Below are positions 26,731-36,421 of a stretch of DNA of 64,000 bases, in pieces. The DNA is taken from positions 2,011,273 through 2,075,272 of the forward strand of contig OZ252238.1 of NCBI GenBank assembly GCA_965249505.1, given 5' to 3'. The notes under the pieces are model-generated. The model was given only the letters and a program-made list of their open reading frames with translations. It was not told the origin of the DNA and ran no database searches. Source of the stretch: Dehalococcoidia bacterium. GTDB lineage: Bacteria; Chloroflexota; Dehalococcoidia; Lucifugimonadales; Lucifugimonadaceae. How positions within the stretch are numbered: the stretch's first letter is position 1; each line of letters starts with the position of its first letter. The position numbers and the translations under genes were made by a program.

Positions 26731-27807
26731 GTGCAACAAGACTTGAGCAGTTACGACATCGCGGTCATCAAAGGCGACGGTATCGGAGTCGACGTCGTCA
26801 ATGAAGCACTCAAAGTGCTTGGCTCCATCGGTGGCAGTCGCGGCATCGAGTGGAACTTCACTGAGCTGCCGTGGAGCTCCGAGTACTACTTTGAGCACGG
26901 CGAAATGATGCCGAGCGACGGGGTCGATCAACTACGTTCGTTCGACTCGATCTTTCTCGGCGCCGTGGGACACCCAGAAGTCCAAGACCACATCACGCTC
27001 AACGGTCTGCTCCTGCCCATACGCCGCGCATTCGACCAATACGCCTGCGTCCGGCCTTCTGTGCTGCTACCCGGAGTTGAATCACCCCTCGCTGGAAAGA
27101 AGCCCTACGACATCGATCTCATAGTCGTGAGAGAAAACACCGAGGGCGAGTACGCCAACGTAGGTGGATTCCAGTACCACAGCTTCCCTGACGAAGTAGC
27201 AGTTCAATCCGCCGTCTTCACACGACGCGGCTGCGAACGCGTCATCCGATATGCATTCGAATTGACGCGCCAACGAGACCATCGCCGGCACCTCACTTCC
27301 ATCACCAAGTCAAACGCCCAAGGCTACGGGATGGTCTTGTGGGACCGTACATTCGCCGAAGTTGCTGAAGAATATCCAGACATCAAAACGGATTCACTAC
27401 TAATCGACGCGGCGTGCATGGACTTTATTCGCCGACCCGAGAAGTTCGACGTGGTCGTGGCTTCGAACCTGTTCGGCGATATCCTCACAGACATCGGAGC
27501 AATCATAACTGGATCCATGGGCCTGGCATCCAGCGCAAACCTCGACCCGTCGAGAAAGAACCCTTCGATGTTCGAGCCCACTCACGGCAGCGCACCCGAC
27601 ATCGCAGGGCAGGGGATAGCCAATCCAATGGCTCAGATCCTCACGAGCGCCATGATGCTGGATCACCTCGGCGAGGATGAAGCCGCCAAGTGCGTAAGAT
27701 CGGCAGTGGCGAATGTGTTAGACCAAGGAGAAATCCTTACACCTGACCTCGGCGGCGCATCCACAACCATGGCGGTTGGAGACGCGATCGCCGAGCTTGT
27801 TTCGTAA
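26731..27807 (+). CDS. Tartrate / D-malate / 3-isopropylmalate dehydrogenase family (TtuC-like)
   Basis: 358-aa ORF with IAVIKGDGIGVDV, VRENTEGEY, NLFGDILTD and EPTHGSAPDIAGQGIANP signatures of the isocitrate/IPM dehydrogenase fold. Confidence 0.85.
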   Translation: MQQDLSSYDIAVIKGDGIGVDVVNEALKVLGSIGGSRGIEWNFTELPWSSEYYFEHGEMMPSDGVDQLRSFDSIFLGAVGHPEVQDHITLNGLLLPIRRAFDQYACVRPSVLLPGVESPLAGKKPYDIDLIVVRENTEGEYANVGGFQYHSFPDEVAVQSAVFTRRGCERVIRYAFELTRQRDHRRHLTSITKSNAQGYGMVLWDRTFAEVAEEYPDIKTDSLLIDAACMDFIRRPEKFDVVVASNLFGDILTDIGAIITGSMGLASSANLDPSRKNPSMFEPTHGSAPDIAGQGIANPMAQILTSAMMLDHLGEDEAAKCVRSAVANVLDQGEILTPDLGGASTTMAVGDAIAELVS

Positions 27808-27839
27808 CCTCGTTTTCAACTACACAAAGGCACACAGTC

Positions 27840-28856
27840 ATGGACCCATTCGCAAAATCCAAAATCGGCGCAGCTGAAGTCGAAGTGACGCAGCTGGGTC
27901 TAGGCGGTGCCCCGTTGAGTGGCATGACGCTCGGCGACGGCCTTTACGGCGGAACAGCCCGTGATCAGGCGATATCAATCATCAGGCGTTCTCACGAACT
28001 CGGCATCAACTACTTCGACACCGCACCTCTATACGGCAGTGGTCGCAGCGAATGGCGCTACGGTGCCGCCTTAGAAGGCATTGACAGAGATTCCTTCGTC
28101 ATTTCGACCAAAGTCGGAAGATTGCTTGAACCCTACCCTGGAGGCATGACCGCCGAGGAATCGCCAGACGGTTTTCCAGAAATGATGTCGGTCAATACCT
28201 GGACCCGCGACGATGTCCTTCGATCCATCGAGGAAAGCCTCGAGCGACTCAAGCTCGACCACGTCGAGATCGTCCTCGTCCACGACCCCGACTACGAGGA
28301 TTTCGGCGAAGTACAAGCCGTCGCAGAAGCGTTTCCCACGCTCCTCGAACTCCGCGAACAGGGCACTATCAAAGCCATCGGTTGCGGAATGAACACCTGG
28401 GAGATGCCAGCCAGATTCATCAAACAGTTCGACATCGATGCCGTCCTTCTGGCGGGCCGATACACGCTGCTAGACCACGACGCCTACCCAGAGTTCCTGC
28501 CCCTCTGCGTCGAGCACGACGTCAAGATCATCGTCGGCGGCCCCTACAACAGCGGAATTCTCGCCCGCGATCTTTCCGGCGAAGTCACTTTCAACTACGA
28601 GCGCGCCGCAGAACACCTAGTCGAACACGCTCGGAAGCTCAACGCGGTCTGCGTCAGACACGGCGTCGATCTAAAGGCTGCGGCGCTCCAGTTCGTGCTC
28701 GCCCACCCGGCAGTCGCCACCGCAGTCCCCGGCGCCCAAAGCGTGGAAGAGTTGGAGCAGAACATCGAGATGGTCCGCCAGCAAATCTCCAGCGACGTCT
28801 GGTCCGAAATGAAATCCGAGGGCCTAATTCCATCCGATGCACCAACGCCCAGTTGA
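27840..28856 (+). CDS. Aldo/keto reductase (aldose 1-dehydrogenase-like)
   Basis: 338-aa ORF with LGLGGAPL, INYFDTAPLYG and IVLVHDPD motifs. Confidence 0.8.
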   Translation: MDPFAKSKIGAAEVEVTQLGLGGAPLSGMTLGDGLYGGTARDQAISIIRRSHELGINYFDTAPLYGSGRSEWRYGAALEGIDRDSFVISTKVGRLLEPYPGGMTAEESPDGFPEMMSVNTWTRDDVLRSIEESLERLKLDHVEIVLVHDPDYEDFGEVQAVAEAFPTLLELREQGTIKAIGCGMNTWEMPARFIKQFDIDAVLLAGRYTLLDHDAYPEFLPLCVEHDVKIIVGGPYNSGILARDLSGEVTFNYERAAEHLVEHARKLNAVCVRHGVDLKAAALQFVLAHPAVATAVPGAQSVEELEQNIEMVRQQISSDVWSEMKSEGLIPSDAPTPS

Positions 28857-28889
28857 CGCACCCTGGATCGAATAACTCGTAATCCCCGC

Positions 28890-30060
28890 ACTGCGAGACC
28901 CCTTAAAACCCCAACCCGTTCAACGAGCGGGTACCTTCTCCCCCTAAGAACCCCACGAAAACACGCCAGCAGGCCGTGTACCCTCTCCCCACCGTGGGAG
29001 AGGATTCAGGAGAGGGGGATCTTAAGAGCATCCGTTTCCCCTGGCCAGGCGTACCCCCAATCTTCATCCCCGCCTTCACCCTTCACGCCCCCTCTCGCAG
29101 CGGGGCGCGACGAGGTGAACGCATGTTATGCGCTCACCCCGCAGCCTGTCGAATGGTGCACCGTCATCCCCGTGTGAGCGGAAACCCAGAGCAAAACCTA
29201 AGCAACCACACCCCCTCAACGATCGGCCACCCTCTCCCCTCTGTGGGACGAATCGGAAAGAGAATCGTGACGCGGACGATGCATCCGCATCATCAGGACC
29301 TTTGCGCACATGACCAACGCCATGCAGAGTAACTACTGGCTCCGACATGGCGCAAAGCGAAGAGGTGAGGGGGGAAAATAAGAGCATCCGTTTCCATCGG
29401 ACAGGTGTACCACCCTCGTCATCCACGCGAAGCGCCGTGCGACGAGGTATTCGCCTCTGCCGTTCATCCTCCCCGCGCAGCGGGGTGCTGGGGAGGTGAA
29501 CGCATGTTATGCGCTCACACCTCAGCCAGTCGAAGGACGCACCGTCATCCCCACGAAAGTGGGACCCAGAGGAAAGACAGAGCAACCGAATCCCCCAACC
29601 CGCTCAATGAGCGGGTACCCTCTCCCCGCCGTGGGAGAGGATTCAGGAGAGGGGGATCTTAAGAGCATCCGCTTCCACCAGCCAGGCGTACCACCCCCGT
29701 CCTCCCCGCGCAGCGGGGTGCTGGGGAGGTGAACGCATGTTGTGCGCTCACCCCGCAGCCTTTCGAAGGGCCGCACCGTCATTCCCGCGTAAGCGGACAC
29801 CCAGAGCAAAGCTTTAGCAACCACGCCCCAAACACATCCGGAGAACGTGTACCCTCTCCCCACCGTGGGAGAGGACCTTTGCGCACCAGCGCAAAGAGGT
29901 GAGGGGGAACATCAAGAGCATCCGTTTCCATCGGACAGGCGCACCACTCCCGTCATCCCCGCTCAAGCGTCAAGGGCAACTCCTGCGGCGATGGCAGGGC
30001 AGACCTCACCCTACCGATTCCCTTCACCCCTTAAATACCGTGCCACCAATTCCAATCCAA
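28890..30060. repeat. ~1.2-kb non-coding array of about 3.5 composite super-units built from 5-6 hairpin modules
   Basis: Module order is A-B-C-D-E / B'-H3'-C'-D-E / A-B-C-D-E / B-H3-C'.
- A: aacccg(c/t)tcaa(t/c)gagcgggtacc, at about 28913 and 29597.
- B: ccctctcccc-N4-gggagagg, at 28981, 29231 (degenerate), 29618 and 29852.
- H3: gacctttgcgc..gcgcaaagaggtgaggggg, at 29874; a copy near 29297..29370 is interrupted by an insertion.
- C: gaggggg-N-aagagcatccgtttcc, at about 29010, 29365, 29648 and 29897.
- D: ccccgcgcagcgggg..ggaggtgaacgcatgtt(a/g)tgcgctcac, at about 29088, 29468 and 29700.
- E: ccgtcat(c/t)ccc-hairpin-cccaga(g)gaaa, at 29161, 29542 and 29776. Confidence 0.85.
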
Positions 30061-30113
30061 ATCACATCCCACCATTAATATAGAACATATGTTTCTTTAC
30101 AAGGGCGCCTGAG

Positions 30114-31577
30114 ATGTTGATCCACCGCAAACCCGATCGCTGGGAAAAGCTCGAGAAACTCGGCCAGATGGCGAGCGATGACATAATCCTGCCTCGTGCA
30201 AATCCCGCGGAGCCCAAAACCCCATACTCGAATCCGCGCAACAACCCCGGGCCAGCCATCTACAGGTCGAAACTGCCAAACGGCAAATTCACAAACCTCA
30301 TGCAGGTAATGTTCACCGACTTCTGCAAGATGGACTGTCACTTCTGCCCAAACAGCCATTGGGTACCCCGTCGCAGATTCGCCTTCAAGGTCGACGAACT
30401 GGCTCGAACCTTCATCGAACTCGCAGAACGACAGACTGTCGACGGACTCTTCCTGAGCTCAGGCGTCGCCGGAACCGGAACCAAAACTACCGAGCGAATG
30501 GTGAAAGTCGTCGACCTCATTCGCAACAAATACAACTACAAGGGCTATGTCCACCTCAAAGTCATGCCGGAATCAGATAACGACGTCGTCGAAGCCGCCC
30601 ACGCTCTGGGTTCCCGACTATCAGTCAACCTAGAAACCGTCTCGGCGGACCGAATGTCGGCACTCAGCAAGATGAAAGAGTTCGAGCGAGACATCATCGC
30701 CCCCATGGCAAAGATCGACCAGCTTAACCGTTCCCTCATGAAAGGCAGAGTAGGCCAGGCCACCCAGTTCGTCGTCGGGGCGGCCGACGAAACGGATCTC
30801 GAGATCCTCCAGCGAGTAACCCAGCTCTACGGCGAATGGGACCTCCGCCGCGTCTACTACGCACCATTCAGACCCGTGCGCCACACACCGCTCGAGGAAC
30901 GCCCGGCCACACCGATGGCCCGGTCCAACAGGCTCTATCAAGTCGATTGGCTGAAGCGCATCTACAAATACGGCAACGATGAAATCAACTCTGCATTCGA
31001 CAAAGGAGGCTTCCTGCCGCTCGACATGGATCCCAAAATCTCGATCGCGCTCGAGCAGGTCGATGCATTTCCTGTCGATATCAACGTGGCAACCAAAGAC
31101 CAGCTGCTCAGAACCCCCGGACTCGGCCCGATAAGCGCAGACCGCATCCTCAAAAACCGACATCGATTCAAGATCGATCGATGGAGCGACCTCCAACACA
31201 TGGGTGTAGTCCGTAAACGTGCCGCGCCATTCATCACGTTCCCTGGACACAAACCGCAACCCGCCAAGCAACTCCGACTCGACAGCCTGTTCCACAAAGA
31301 ACGCATGGACCGCGAAGACGGAGGATTCTCCGAATCACTCGAGCAAACCTACCCAACCAAACAACGAAAACCGGCGACGATCCTCGCCGATAACGTAACC
31401 ACATGGGGCGGAGAGCACGAGTCGCGCACCCACACCTCCCGACAACCAACGCCATGCGGAATAAGCTCAAACTGCACGGGATGCTCCCTCTACGGCGCAC
31501 CCGGCCACCCAGGATCCTCTTCAGCAGCAATCAGATTCACCCCATCCACCAACGTAATCTCCAAACCGACCACATAG
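30114..31577 (+). CDS. Putative DNA modification/repair radical SAM protein with a C-terminal helix-hairpin-helix
   Basis: 487-aa ORF. The radical SAM cluster motif is CKMDCHFC (Cx3Cx2C) and the HhH is ATKDQLLRTPGLGPISADRILKNR. The overall layout is as in the TIGR03916-type family. The last ~90 aa are low-complexity and Cys-containing (PCGISSNCTGCSLYG). Confidence 0.75.
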   Translation: MLIHRKPDRWEKLEKLGQMASDDIILPRANPAEPKTPYSNPRNNPGPAIYRSKLPNGKFTNLMQVMFTDFCKMDCHFCPNSHWVPRRRFAFKVDELARTFIELAERQTVDGLFLSSGVAGTGTKTTERMVKVVDLIRNKYNYKGYVHLKVMPESDNDVVEAAHALGSRLSVNLETVSADRMSALSKMKEFERDIIAPMAKIDQLNRSLMKGRVGQATQFVVGAADETDLEILQRVTQLYGEWDLRRVYYAPFRPVRHTPLEERPATPMARSNRLYQVDWLKRIYKYGNDEINSAFDKGGFLPLDMDPKISIALEQVDAFPVDINVATKDQLLRTPGLGPISADRILKNRHRFKIDRWSDLQHMGVVRKRAAPFITFPGHKPQPAKQLRLDSLFHKERMDREDGGFSESLEQTYPTKQRKPATILADNVTTWGGEHESRTHTSRQPTPCGISSNCTGCSLYGAPGHPGSSSAAIRFTPSTNVISKPTT

Positions 31578-31589
31578 CAATCCCATCCA

Positions 31590-31680
31590 TAAATCAGACA
31601 CACTCACCCGCGTCATTCCCGCGAAAGCGGGAACCCAGTGGAAAGAAAGAGCATCCAATTCACCCAGCCAAGCACGGCGG
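31590..31680. repeat. Single copy of the cgtcattcccgcg hairpin repeat
   Basis: cgtcattcccgcgaaagcgggaacccagtggaaag (31611..31645) followed by agagcatcc, between convergent genes. Confidence 0.8.
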
Positions 31681-31723
31681 CATGGACTCGCGCGCCCTCC
31701 ACCACGGCCCGGCAGAAGAAAGA

Positions 31724-32221
31724 TCACATGATGGTGCGTCGCACAGCCCTGGCGATATCCCGCTCTTCCTCACGCTTGCGAATCGCGGCGCGCTGATCAC
31801 GTTCCCGCTTGCCGCGAGCCAACGCAATAGCCGCTTTCGCAACACCCCGGGCGATGTAGACCCGTAGAACCACTATCGTCAGCCGTTCCTGTTCTGTTTT
31901 CGACTTCAGGACATCGATCTCGCGCCTATTCAGCAGCAGCTTTCTGTCTCTTGCAGGGTCATGCTGACCCCATGCGCCCGCCGAAAGATACGGCGCTATG
32001 TGCGCGCCGACAAGCCACGCCTCGCCCTCTCGCACCCGCACGTAAGCCGATGAGATGTCGATTTTTCCCTCACGAATCGACTTGATCTCGGAACCCTGAA
32101 GGATCAATCCCGCCTCGAAATCGTCGAGAATCTCATACTCGAATCGAGCACGACGATTCGTCGCCACAGTGCCAGGCACGACCGATGGCCGATTCCTCTT
32201 CTTTCTCTTGCCGCTGGGCAT
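31724..32221 (-). CDS. smpB: SsrA-binding protein
   Basis: 165-aa ORF with ATNRRARFEYEI...EAGLILQGSEIKSIREGK...AYV...EAWLVGAHIAPY, canonical for SmpB. Confidence 0.95.
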   Translation of the reverse strand: MPSGKRKKRNRPSVVPGTVATNRRARFEYEILDDFEAGLILQGSEIKSIREGKIDISSAYVRVREGEAWLVGAHIAPYLSAGAWGQHDPARDRKLLLNRREIDVLKSKTEQERLTIVVLRVYIARGVAKAAIALARGKRERDQRAAIRKREEERDIARAVRRTIM

Positions 32222-32270
32222 AACCCATCAATTGGATTTCGGCGTGATCGTCACACTACGCCGAGTCGAA

Positions 32271-33728
32271 CTACCTCGAAGTCGTAACCCGAGTCTGGAA
32301 GTCCAACTGCTTAATGGCGGCGTCTAGCTGTGGGTCCACGAAGTCCACATCTCGCTCATCGACCACCGCCGGGTACTCGACCTCAACATCCGGATCGAGA
32401 CCAACGCCCTCAATCACATTGCCATCTGGCGTGTACCAACGTCGGATCGTGATGTTCAACCCAGCGCCGTTAGAAAGCCTTCGAGTGATGTTCACACTGC
32501 CTTTGCCAAACGTCGTCACACCGATGAGCACTGCACGTCCGTGGTCCTGCATCGCTCCGGCGAACAGCTCAGCGCCACTCCCGGACCATTTATTGACCAA
32601 TACGACGATCGGAATAGTAGTGAAGTTACCGTCACCGTGCGCGTAGAAATCTCGTCGAGCCCCTTCGCGGTCCTGTTCGTAAGCCAACCGACCTTCTGCG
32701 ATGAATTCACTCGCTGCATCGAGAGTCGCATTGAGCAAGCCGCCAGGATTGTTGCGCAAGTCGATCACAACCCCCTTCGCTCCTTCAGCGATCAACTCCT
32801 CCATGTGTTTCCGGATCTCAGCAGGAGTCTCATCAGTGAACTGATCGATATTCAATTCGCCGTAGTCAGTCTCTGGAATCATGCGCGAATCGATAGAAGG
32901 TAGCGGCACCTTGTCTCTGATGATCGTGATATCCACCGGATCTTCCTCACCCACATGCAAAACCGTAAGAACAACTGGTTCGCCTTTTGTGCCGCGGATC
33001 TTTAGCACAGCCTCCGTAACCGTCCAAGTCGTCGCATCTACTCCGTCGACCTTCAATATCTTGTCGCCCGCCCTGATTCCAGCCTTGATCGCAGGAGAGC
33101 CGGGTATAGGCGCCTGGATCACAACGCCTTGACCATCTGGCGAAGGCTGCACCGTGGCCCCGATACCCTCAAAAGATCCCGCAAGATCTGCCCGGCTCAG
33201 CGCCATCTGCTCCGGAGTTATATAAGTCATATGCGGATCGCCAAGCGACTCGATAAATGCCCGGATCGCCCCCTCCGACATCGCATCCGGATCAACCTTG
33301 CTGTAGTCGACATACTCGTCGTTGATGAATTGGAACGCTTCCCAGATGATCCCCACATCGTCGGGAATCGCATCCGGGTAATCCACGGAAGGCAAGGGCG
33401 GAACATCGACAACTTGCTGCGTCTCCGGCTCATCCGACTTAACCACCGGCCCCTCGACCTCTTCCGACGACTCAGCAACTTCTGCGACCGGCTCAACTTC
33501 TTGCACCACCACCGACACGGCGCCATTAGTCTCGCGTTCGCTCGGAGCCGCCGACTCCGCAACCTCGGTCGGAGCCACGCTGACCGCCGTCGGCGTAGGT
33601 TCCGAGCCAAAACTGCAAGCGCTCGTGACCAAGGCCACCAATGCAATCGCGCCGATACTCAAGTTGAAAAGGGCGTTGCGATAATCATTCATTTTCATAG
33701 TCAATGCTTTACGTGTCACTTGAATCAA
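32271..33728 (-). CDS. S41-family C-terminal processing peptidase with a PDZ domain
   Basis: 485-aa ORF with an N-terminal TM/signal segment and a PDZ domain (GSPAIKAGIRAGDKILKVDG). The catalytic region is LVNKWSGSGAELFAGAMQDHGRAVLIGVTTFGKGSV. Confidence 0.9.
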   Translation of the reverse strand: MIQVTRKALTMKMNDYRNALFNLSIGAIALVALVTSACSFGSEPTPTAVSVAPTEVAESAAPSERETNGAVSVVVQEVEPVAEVAESSEEVEGPVVKSDEPETQQVVDVPPLPSVDYPDAIPDDVGIIWEAFQFINDEYVDYSKVDPDAMSEGAIRAFIESLGDPHMTYITPEQMALSRADLAGSFEGIGATVQPSPDGQGVVIQAPIPGSPAIKAGIRAGDKILKVDGVDATTWTVTEAVLKIRGTKGEPVVLTVLHVGEEDPVDITIIRDKVPLPSIDSRMIPETDYGELNIDQFTDETPAEIRKHMEELIAEGAKGVVIDLRNNPGGLLNATLDAASEFIAEGRLAYEQDREGARRDFYAHGDGNFTTIPIVVLVNKWSGSGAELFAGAMQDHGRAVLIGVTTFGKGSVNITRRLSNGAGLNITIRRWYTPDGNVIEGVGLDPDVEVEYPAVVDERDVDFVDPQLDAAIKQLDFQTRVTTSR

Positions 33729-33897
33729 ACTAGGAACAGGCAGGTTGTTTGAGTATACGAATCGAAGCCCATTTCCGTTTCAGATGCAGACTCCACCCCT
33801 CTTTACTTGACATAACGGGGCTAGTGCGAAGTTGCTTATAGGAGACGGAACCATCCCCCTACCTCCGCCAAGACCCCCTCCGATGCCGGTAAACGAC

Positions 33898-35079
33898 TTA
33901 GACCACGCTTGACGGCTCTAGAGCCCCGTTTTCATGCACTGATGCCTCTGCATCCGACCCCTCCGACTCCACGAGTCCCGCCAAAGCCTCATCCAACGAT
34001 GCGCGTAGATCATCGATCCCCCAACGCATCGTCGCCGACGTCACAACGCCACCATCCATTGCGCCTGCCTCCGGCTTCTCGTCGGAAATGAGATCGAACT
34101 TATTGAAGACCGTCACTCGCGGCGTCTCGCCGAGGCCCAATAGCTCCAACACGCCATCAACTACCTCGGCCTGTTCAGCCGCGTGTTCGTTGCTGATGTC
34201 GATCACATGAATCAGAAGGTCTGCCCAGATCGCCTCCTCCAGCGTCGCATGGAACGCATCAATCAATATCGTTGGCAGCTTGTTGATGAAACCCACCGTG
34301 TCGCTAACCGTCGCCGCCTGGCCTGATGGCAGAAACACTCGGCGGGTTGTCGTGTCGAGTGTCTCGAACAATCGATCCCGTGACCGGATTTCCGACCCAG
34401 TGAGAACATTGAACAACGCAGTCTTGCCCGCGTTGGTGTATCCCACCATCGCGATCGTCTTTACATCTCCTCGAACTCGGCGCCGACGCTGCGAGCCTCG
34501 TTGGTCACGAACCTTCGATATTGACAACTTGAGATCCCGCATCCGCCTACGCATCAATCTGCGGTCCGTCTCAATCTGAGACTCACCAGGACCTCTGGTG
34601 CCGATTCCGCCGCCCAATCTCTCCAAGTGCGACCACTGGCCTGCCAGTCGTGGCATCAGATACTCGACCTGTGCCAGCTCCACCTGCAGCTTGCCTTCGC
34701 GGGTGCGAGCGCGATCAGCGAATATGTCCAAGATCAATGCAGTCCTGTCGATCACCTTGGCCCCCAGCGCGTCCTCAAGAGCACGTTGTTGGTTCGGCGC
34801 CAACTCATCGTCGCAGATCACCGTTTCGATGTGCTGCGACTTGACCAGCGACTTCAGATCTTCCAGTTTGCCGGCTCCGACATACGAAGACGACGGTGTG
34901 CGAAGCATCTGCGTCAGCGACGCGACCGGGTTCGCACCGGCAGTTCGAGCAAGTGCGTCCAACTCCGACATCGATTCGCGCAGTTCCCAGCCGTTGTTGC
35001 GTCCCCTAACCTGAGCGCCGACAAGGCATGCCCGTTCCCGATATGGTCCGGTGCTATGGGTTTTGTTTCTTCTGGGCAT
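33898..35079 (-). CDS. hflX: GTPase HflX
   Basis: 393-aa ORF with an HflX N-domain (LIIDIF-type ILDIFADRA) and the G1 motif GYTNAGKTALFN, followed by G3/G4 regions. Confidence 0.9.
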   Translation of the reverse strand: MPRRNKTHSTGPYRERACLVGAQVRGRNNGWELRESMSELDALARTAGANPVASLTQMLRTPSSSYVGAGKLEDLKSLVKSQHIETVICDDELAPNQQRALEDALGAKVIDRTALILDIFADRARTREGKLQVELAQVEYLMPRLAGQWSHLERLGGGIGTRGPGESQIETDRRLMRRRMRDLKLSISKVRDQRGSQRRRRVRGDVKTIAMVGYTNAGKTALFNVLTGSEIRSRDRLFETLDTTTRRVFLPSGQAATVSDTVGFINKLPTILIDAFHATLEEAIWADLLIHVIDISNEHAAEQAEVVDGVLELLGLGETPRVTVFNKFDLISDEKPEAGAMDGGVVTSATMRWGIDDLRASLDEALAGLVESEGSDAEASVHENGALEPSSVV

Positions 35080-35099
35080 AAAAAGTCACCTGGCAGGCT

Positions 35100-36263
35100 T
35101 CAAACCCGCCATCCTGAGATCCGACGGATCCCCTCGTCTATCTGATCATCCGGGATAGTAAGCGAAAGTCTGATGTAGCCCTCACCGGATGGCCCGTAAG
35201 AGGACCCCGGAGTCACGACCACATCCCTCTCCTCGAGCATCTTCTGTGCAAACTCGCTTGATGTGTGGCCTTCGGGAATGCGAGTCCAGATGTAGAGGGT
35301 CGCCAACGGAGTGGTGGCCTCCAATCCTATCTCATTCAAAGCCGCAACCACGCGATCGCGACGACTTCGATAGACGTCGTTGTTCCCCTGCAACCACTCG
35401 TCGGGCAGCTCCAAAGCCTCTATCCCCATCTCCTGAATCGCCTGCGACAATCCGGAATCAATGTTCGACTTCACTCGCATGAGGGCATCCACCATCTCCG
35501 AGTTGCCGACCGCGGCGCCGACACGCCAACCTGTCATATTTGCAGTCTTGGAAAGCGAATGGAACTCCATCGCAACGTCTTTCGCGCCTCGGACCTGCAG
35601 CACGCTCGGCGCCACGTATCCGTCGAACGTCACCTCCGTGTAGCATGCATCGTGCAAAAGGTAGAGATCGAACTCCTTCGCAAACGCGACCGCCTCTTCG
35701 AAGTAAGCCAGATCAGCCACCGCGCCCGTCGGATTGTTCGGGTAGTTCAACCAAAGCGTCTTCGCCTTCCGAGCCACATCGGTCGGGATTTCGCTGAAAT
35801 CAAGCAAGTATCCCTTCTCCTCCATGAGCGGAACAAGGTGAGTCTCGCCACCCGCGAACATCGTTCCAATCTCATAAACCGGATACCCCGGATCGGGTGA
35901 TATCGACACGTCGCCGGGATCGATGAAACACAGCGCCGCGTGGGCGATCCCCTCCTTGGCTCCGATCAAGTTGATCGCCTCGCTCCCAGGATCAATCTCC
36001 ACGCCGAAACGTCGGGCGTAGAACCTCGAAACCGCCTCGCGAAACTCAGGCAAACCCTCACTCTCCGGATAACGGTGGTTTGCCGGTTTACGAGCGCCGC
36101 GGTCCAAAGCGTCTAAGACCCGATCAGGAGTCGGAATGTCTGGGTCGCCGATGCCGAATGAGACGACGTCGATCCCTTGCGCCTTCTTCGCCGCAATCGC
36201 ACGCGAGATGTTCACAAAGAGATAAGGCGGCAGCTGCTGCACACGTTTCGCTAACTCAGGCAT
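35100..36263 (-). CDS. dapL: LL-diaminopimelate aminotransferase (class I/II PLP aminotransferase)
   Basis: 387-aa ORF with LPPYLF, FGIGDPD and SLSKTANMTGWRVG (PLP lysine). It lies immediately upstream of dapF on the same strand. Confidence 0.7.
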   Translation of the reverse strand: MPELAKRVQQLPPYLFVNISRAIAAKKAQGIDVVSFGIGDPDIPTPDRVLDALDRGARKPANHRYPESEGLPEFREAVSRFYARRFGVEIDPGSEAINLIGAKEGIAHAALCFIDPGDVSISPDPGYPVYEIGTMFAGGETHLVPLMEEKGYLLDFSEIPTDVARKAKTLWLNYPNNPTGAVADLAYFEEAVAFAKEFDLYLLHDACYTEVTFDGYVAPSVLQVRGAKDVAMEFHSLSKTANMTGWRVGAAVGNSEMVDALMRVKSNIDSGLSQAIQEMGIEALELPDEWLQGNNDVYRSRRDRVVAALNEIGLEATTPLATLYIWTRIPEGHTSSEFAQKMLEERDVVVTPGSSYGPSGEGYIRLSLTIPDDQIDEGIRRISGWRV

Positions 36264-36342
36264 CTTCTCTCATTTCTACGTCAATGTGTGACATTTACGT
36301 AACTCCTAAACCGGAACAAGCCGTATTATCGGTTGCTTCGCC

Positions 36343-36396
36343 TCAAGTCTTGGTTCCCGCGCTCGCTGGAACAACGGACCGTTTTGCTAGGGTCTT
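36343..36396 (-). repeat. Diverged inverted copy of the gacct-tgc-aaac..cgtcattcccgcg hairpin unit
   Basis: The reverse complement reads gaccctagcaaaacggtccgttgttccagcgagcgcgggaaccaaga. This aligns by eye with 6651..6700. It sits in the dapL-dapF gap. Confidence 0.55.
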
Positions 36397-36421
36397 CATG
36401 CGAGTCAAACACGGAGCAATC

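Noticed and set aside
29076-29585. 169-aa ORF and about ten other ORFs across 28.9-30.1 kb; likewise ORFs at 6163..7123 and 8905..9201
   Set aside because: They are translations of palindromic repeat modules. The same peptides appear in both orientations, and the composition is R/P/G-rich. The same DNA recurs at unrelated intergenic sites.
28890-30060. Possible CRISPR array
   Set aside because: The repeats are not a single 25-40-nt unit separated by unique spacers of constant length. Five or six different modules alternate, the supposed spacers are themselves repeated, and no cas genes are nearby.
30630-31295. 221-aa minus-strand ORF
   Set aside because: It is antisense to the radical SAM/HhH gene, whose motifs (Cx3Cx2C, HhH) fix the true coding strand.
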